Positions 60,355 to 64,000 of a stretch of 64,000 nucleotides of DNA are shown here, piece by piece. The stretch lies in assembly GCA_021162365.1 (NCBI GenBank), contig JAGGYW010000014.1:2518-66517 (forward strand), read 5' to 3'. The translations under genes were made by a program, and so were the position numbers. Within the stretch, counting starts at the first letter, position 1. Each line of letters opens with the position of its first letter. The notes under the pieces are model-generated. The model did no database searches. It saw only the letters and a list, made by a program, of their open reading frames with translations, and was not told the DNA's origin. The stretch comes from Nanobdellota archaeon (lineage in GTDB: Archaea > Nanobdellota > Nanobdellia > CSSed11-243R1).

Positions 60355-61563
60355 TTACAACTTAAGATCTGCTTTTAAGATCTCTTCAATCTTATTAACA
60401 ATTTCATCAGACACACTTAAACTTATCTCCCTTGTTCTTCCATATCTCCCTTTTGAAATTACCTTTGCATTAATTATTCCAAGCATATCTAATTCAGATA
60501 TTAAATCGGATACTCTCCTTTGTGTTAAAGGTTTTGTTGCAGTCCTAATACAAATGCTTTTGTAAACATCATAAATTTCCCCTGTATAAACTGGGGGTTC
60601 TCTACTCTTTAAAATAAGGATCGCGGCATAAAGCACAGATTGTGACTGCATAGGCAAATTCTTTACAACCTCCTCTATTGTTTCCTTCTCAATTTTTTCT
60701 TCTGCAGCATCAACATCTCTTTCATCGATTCTGTCTTTTCCTGCCCTCTCAGCAATTTCACCAGCAACCCTAAGCAAGTCTAAAGCTCTTCTTGCATCTC
60801 CATGTTCCCTTGCAGCATACGCAGCACACTTCGCAATCACAGATTCTGAGATCACACCATCGTTAAATGCAATTTTTGCCCTTTCAGTTAGAATATCTTT
60901 AAGTTGTATTGCATCATATGGTGGAAAAACCATTTCCTCTTCATTTAAAGAGGATTTAACCCGTGGATCCAAGTTGTTCATAAAAAGAACATCGTTAGAT
61001 ATGCCAATTATGTTAAGTTTTGCATTCTTTAATTCTTGATTTATTCTTGTCAAATTATAAAGGACCTCATCACCAACCTTTTTTACAAGCTGGTCAACTT
61101 CATCTAAGATTAAAATTATAACCCTCTCTTCTTTATCTATTGCTTCAAAAAATATTTTATAAACTTCATCAGTTGGTAGCCCTGTTGCAGGTATTTCCTG
61201 ACCGAACTCCCTTGCAAGCTGTGCAATTAATCTATATTCTGTATCTGCAACTTTTCTCATCTTACAATTCACATACACAACCTTTAGTGGCACTTTCTTT
61301 GACTCTGCAATCTTGCTAAGCTGAGAACAAACATAATTTGTACATAATGATTTACCAGAGCCAGTTTTCCCATAGATAAACACGTTTGACGGCTTCTCCA
61401 ATCTCAAAGCGGGCGCCAATATTTTTGCGAGCATGGCAATCTGGTCTTCTCTATGTGGTATATTATCAGGAGTATATTTTATTGTAAGAGCATCCTTATT
61501 AGCAAATATTGATTGCTTATTCAGAAACTCCTCAAAGATTTTATCTACGGCTACCCCCATCAC
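60355..61563 (-). CDS. cdc6: Orc1/Cdc6 replication initiator
   Basis: AAA+ Walker A GKTGSGKS. Walker B ILDEVD. C-terminal winged helix. Adjacent to the ORB elements. Confidence 0.9.
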   Translation of the reverse strand: MMGVAVDKIFEEFLNKQSIFANKDALTIKYTPDNIPHREDQIAMLAKILAPALRLEKPSNVFIYGKTGSGKSLCTNYVCSQLSKIAESKKVPLKVVYVNCKMRKVADTEYRLIAQLAREFGQEIPATGLPTDEVYKIFFEAIDKEERVIILILDEVDQLVKKVGDEVLYNLTRINQELKNAKLNIIGISNDVLFMNNLDPRVKSSLNEEEMVFPPYDAIQLKDILTERAKIAFNDGVISESVIAKCAAYAAREHGDARRALDLLRVAGEIAERAGKDRIDERDVDAAEEKIEKETIEEVVKNLPMQSQSVLYAAILILKSREPPVYTGEIYDVYKSICIRTATKPLTQRRVSDLISELDMLGIINAKVISKGRYGRTREISLSVSDEIVNKIEEILKADLKL

Positions 61564-61859
61564 TTTTTCTCAAAACAAGATTATTTAAATCCTTTTGTAT
61601 ACTCTAGAATATGTTCCACACGAAATAAATATGTCTAAAAAACTTCACAAGTGGAGCTTACACATACCTTTGTTTCCTGTGGAAAAGAATAAAGAATTCT
61701 GGCACAAAAACAAAAATTTTCTATTACTTTCATCCAAAGGGTGTATGTTTCCTGTGAAAATAAGAAAAGACTTGACTTTAAACGAAACAAAGGTGAATAT
61801 TAATCTTACATAAGCAGAATTAAAAATCTTAAATAGAAATTCATTATTTTTTCAAATGC

Positions 61860-62045
61860 AGCTTATTTTTTGCTTCTTTTATTTATTATCTATATTGAAA
61901 ATAAATATATAATATATATAATAGAGTGAATAAAAACAAAAAATGGAAATTTCCACTGGAAATAAGGGGGAGGTCTAAATTTTGTTCCAAAAGAATAAAA
62001 GGGGTGTATTTTAAATTCCAAAAGAAATAAAGGGGTGTATTGCTT
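61860..62045. other. Chromosomal replication origin (oriC): AT-rich DUE followed by three same-orientation ORB/mini-ORB elements
   Basis: 61861-61935 is more than 85% AT. ORB1 at 61951-61970 reads TTCCACTGGAAATAAGGGGG (dyad plus G-string). ORB2 (61985-62008) and ORB3 (62016-62039) read TTCCAAAAGAA(T/A)AAAGGGGTGTA. Location is upstream of cdc6-polD, as in Pyrococcus oriC. Confidence 0.6.
61889..61908. repeat. 20-bp direct repeat TCTATATTGAAAATAAATAT, copy 1 of 2
   Basis: Identical 20-mer at 62708-62727. Together they flank the gene 62106..62672. Confidence 0.6.
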
Positions 62046-62105
62046 TCTTTTTTAATCAAAGTTTTTAAAAATTGATTTTTTTATTTCAACCCTTTCTAAA
62101 GGAAA

Positions 62106-62672
62106 TTATGGTGTGTGGGTGTTGAAGAGATCATGTAATTTATTTATCTTTGCTTTTAGGATCTGGTTCTTGCCCACCTTCTCTTTAAGCCAATCCTTTA
62201 ACAACTCAATTTTCTTTTTCAGGGCGTGCTCCCCTTTTATCTTTTCTTCATATTTTAAACGAACTTTGATATTGTTAAATTTTTTAATTTCTTCTTCAAG
62301 GCGGATGATTTGTTTCTTAATTTCTTCCTCCCAATTTATGTCTGCTTTTTCCTCTTTTAATTCTTCAAGCTTTTTCTTTTCTTTTTCCTTTAGTTGCTTT
62401 GGAAATATTGCATATGGTCCTAGTGTGTAGTACTTATGTTCTGCTTCTTCACCCCAGGTGAACATACCTTTCTCTCTTTTTACATCAACAACAATATACT
62501 CTCCAAGTTCGACCCCTTTCTTTAGATTGTAATAAAGATTTCTTAATGAGATATAGCCAAAAACATTTCTATAAATTTTGTAAATTTGATAACCATAGCT
62601 TATATTCAGATGTTGTAAAATAACCGCAATTCTCTCCCGGATGTCAGTTTTTACTGGTCTCCCCCTTGGCAT
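62106..62672 (-). CDS. PadR-like winged-helix protein with C-terminal coiled coil (origin-adjacent)
   Basis: N-terminus RERIAVILQHLNISYGYQIYKIYRNVFGYISLRNLYYNLKKGVELGEYIV resembles the PadR wHTH. The C-terminal KE-rich coiled coil follows. Confidence 0.4.
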   Translation of the reverse strand: MPRGRPVKTDIRERIAVILQHLNISYGYQIYKIYRNVFGYISLRNLYYNLKKGVELGEYIVVDVKREKGMFTWGEEAEHKYYTLGPYAIFPKQLKEKEKKKLEELKEEKADINWEEEIKKQIIRLEEEIKKFNNIKVRLKYEEKIKGEHALKKKIELLKDWLKEKVGKNQILKAKINKLHDLFNTHTP

Positions 62673-62707
62673 GCTTTTAGATGGTATTTTCTTACTTTAA
62701 TTTTTTT

Positions 62708-62727
62708 CTATATTGAAAATAAATATG
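62708..62727. repeat. 20-bp direct repeat TCTATATTGAAAATAAATAT, copy 2 of 2
   Basis: Identical to 61889-61908. It sits in the divergent promoter region between the 188-aa gene and RPA. Confidence 0.6.
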
Positions 62728-62779
62728 TAAAAAACCAACCAAAAACAAACCTTTTTATAATTCAAACTCAAACAATACT

Positions 62780-63814
62780 TTGGGTGCCACTATGTTAAAA
62801 ATTCCTATATCTGAAATTATAAGCCGAATAAAAGAGAAGACAGGATTAGATGAGAAAGTAATTGAGAAAAAAATTGACGACAAGGTTGAAGAACTCTCAG
62901 GTCTTGTTTCTCGCGATGGGGCGGCACACATAGTCGCTAATGAGTTTGGTATTCAGCTTTTCAAGACAACTGAAACAGGATTACTTAAAATTAAAAATAT
63001 TCTGCCTGGATTGAAAACAGCATCTGTTGTTGGTAGGGTTCTAAGAATTTATCCTGTTAGAGTGTTTACGACTAAAAAGGGCAATGAAGGTAAGGTTGTT
63101 TCTTTTTTAATTGGCGATGCAACAGGAAGAATAAGAATTGTTTTTTGGGATACAAATCAGATAAAGCTAATTGAGGAAGGTAAGTTAAGCGAGGGAGATA
63201 TAATCAAAATAACTAACGCATATGTTAAAGAAGGAATAAATGGATTGGAACTTCACGCCCGTTCAGCAAGTTTAATTGAAGTTAACCCAAATATTCCAGA
63301 GGCAAAAGAAATACCCCCTCTCGATGAATTGTGGCAGCTGAGTGAAAGAGTGTCAATTAAAAACATAACTGATGAAGGAGTTTACGAAATTCGCGGCGCT
63401 GTAGTAAATATATTGGAAAATAACCCCTTCTTTGATGTTTGCCCCATCTGTAAAAAAAGAACACACGACGGTTTTTGTAGCGAGCATGGCAGAGTTGAAC
63501 CAAAGAAATCTATGTTTATCTCAACAATAGTTGATGACGGGACAGATAACATGAGAGTTGTGTTTTTCGGCAAGCAAGCAGAGCAACTAATAGGTATGTC
63601 CTCTGAAGAGGCATATAACTTATCAAAAGAGCACAACGATCCATTCTATCCAATAGAAGTGAAAAAAATTGACATACTCGGCAGGGAATTAGTAATTGAA
63701 GGTAAGGTTTCTAAGAATGATTTCTCTGGCGAGTTAGAGATGATTGCAAGAAGATTAACCACACCTAATCCAATAGTTGAGTCTAAGAAACTTATGAAAG
63801 AGTTGGAAAAATGA
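62780..63814 (+). CDS. rpa: Replication protein A (RPA) ssDNA-binding protein with OB folds and Zn ribbon
   Basis: OB-fold segments (VVGRVLRIYPVRVF...GDATGRIRIVFWD) and a zinc ribbon CPICKKRTHDGFCSEHG. Confidence 0.8.
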   Translation: MGATMLKIPISEIISRIKEKTGLDEKVIEKKIDDKVEELSGLVSRDGAAHIVANEFGIQLFKTTETGLLKIKNILPGLKTASVVGRVLRIYPVRVFTTKKGNEGKVVSFLIGDATGRIRIVFWDTNQIKLIEEGKLSEGDIIKITNAYVKEGINGLELHARSASLIEVNPNIPEAKEIPPLDELWQLSERVSIKNITDEGVYEIRGAVVNILENNPFFDVCPICKKRTHDGFCSEHGRVEPKKSMFISTIVDDGTDNMRVVFFGKQAEQLIGMSSEEAYNLSKEHNDPFYPIEVKKIDILGRELVIEGKVSKNDFSGELEMIARRLTTPNPIVESKKLMKELEK

Positions 63815-64000
63815 AAATAAAAATTTCAACACCTGTTTATCCTACCGAAGATGAGGATAAAATTGTTTCTGCACTCGAAAAGTTTTTCCCAATTAAGTTT
63901 AAGAAGAGAAAAGACACAATTATTGGGGAGGCCACAGACATCGAAGTTCTTAAGGAGTTAAAGCAAAAGATCCAAGATACTCGTATAAAAAACACAGTTT
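63811..64000 (+). CDS. UPF0201/COG1931-like small protein, N-terminal part (runs off the window)
   Basis: MKIKISTPVYPTEDEDKIVSALEKFFP resembles the UPF0201 N-terminus (V.PTED.EKV..AL...FP). Truncated by the window end. Confidence 0.3.
   Translation, partial: MKIKISTPVYPTEDEDKIVSALEKFFPIKFKKRKDTIIGEATDIEVLKELKQKIQDTRIKNTV

Noticed and set aside
61595-61813. 72-aa ORF in the cdc6-oriC intergenic region
   Set aside because: It lies in the promoter and origin region of cdc6. It has no RBS context and an AT-rich random composition.

Overview
This is an AT-rich (about 34% GC) archaeal chromosomal segment. Its content points to a PolD-containing, euryarchaeal-type or DPANN-like lineage. The strongest signal is the replication core at the 3' end: DNA polymerase II large subunit (DP2), small subunit (DP1), Orc1/Cdc6, an ORB-containing origin and RPA. 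The rest is mostly housekeeping and envelope genes. A glycosyltransferase cluster and a large secreted acidic protein (S-layer candidate) sit at the 5' end. Hef helicase and an XPF nuclease are encoded as two overlapping ORFs, next to a COG2433 RuvC-fold protein. A TldD/TldE/M3 peptidase trio is followed by LonB, ScpA/ScpB, CDC48 and SMC. A complete archaeal type IV pilus (Tad-like) locus carries about six class-III-signal pilins and a split PilC/FlaJ. Other calls include DnaG, aCPSF1, proteasome beta, SerRS, a PIN-ATPase-KH protein and several Nudix and other small hydrolases. The most unusual part is the RNA gene content. All five tRNA genes are interrupted by introns, and four carry non-canonical or multiple introns. 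One tRNA-Ser gene of about 269 nt carries three. The introns share a conserved core and hairpin arms, which suggests a propagating intron family. An SRP RNA lies in the same RNA island. A 500-bp structured noncoding region near 41 kb remains unexplained. Split genes, heavily intron-laden tRNAs and lysine/threonine-rich low-complexity tails recur across the window. All calls rest on motif recognition in the supplied translations and sequence. No database search was run.
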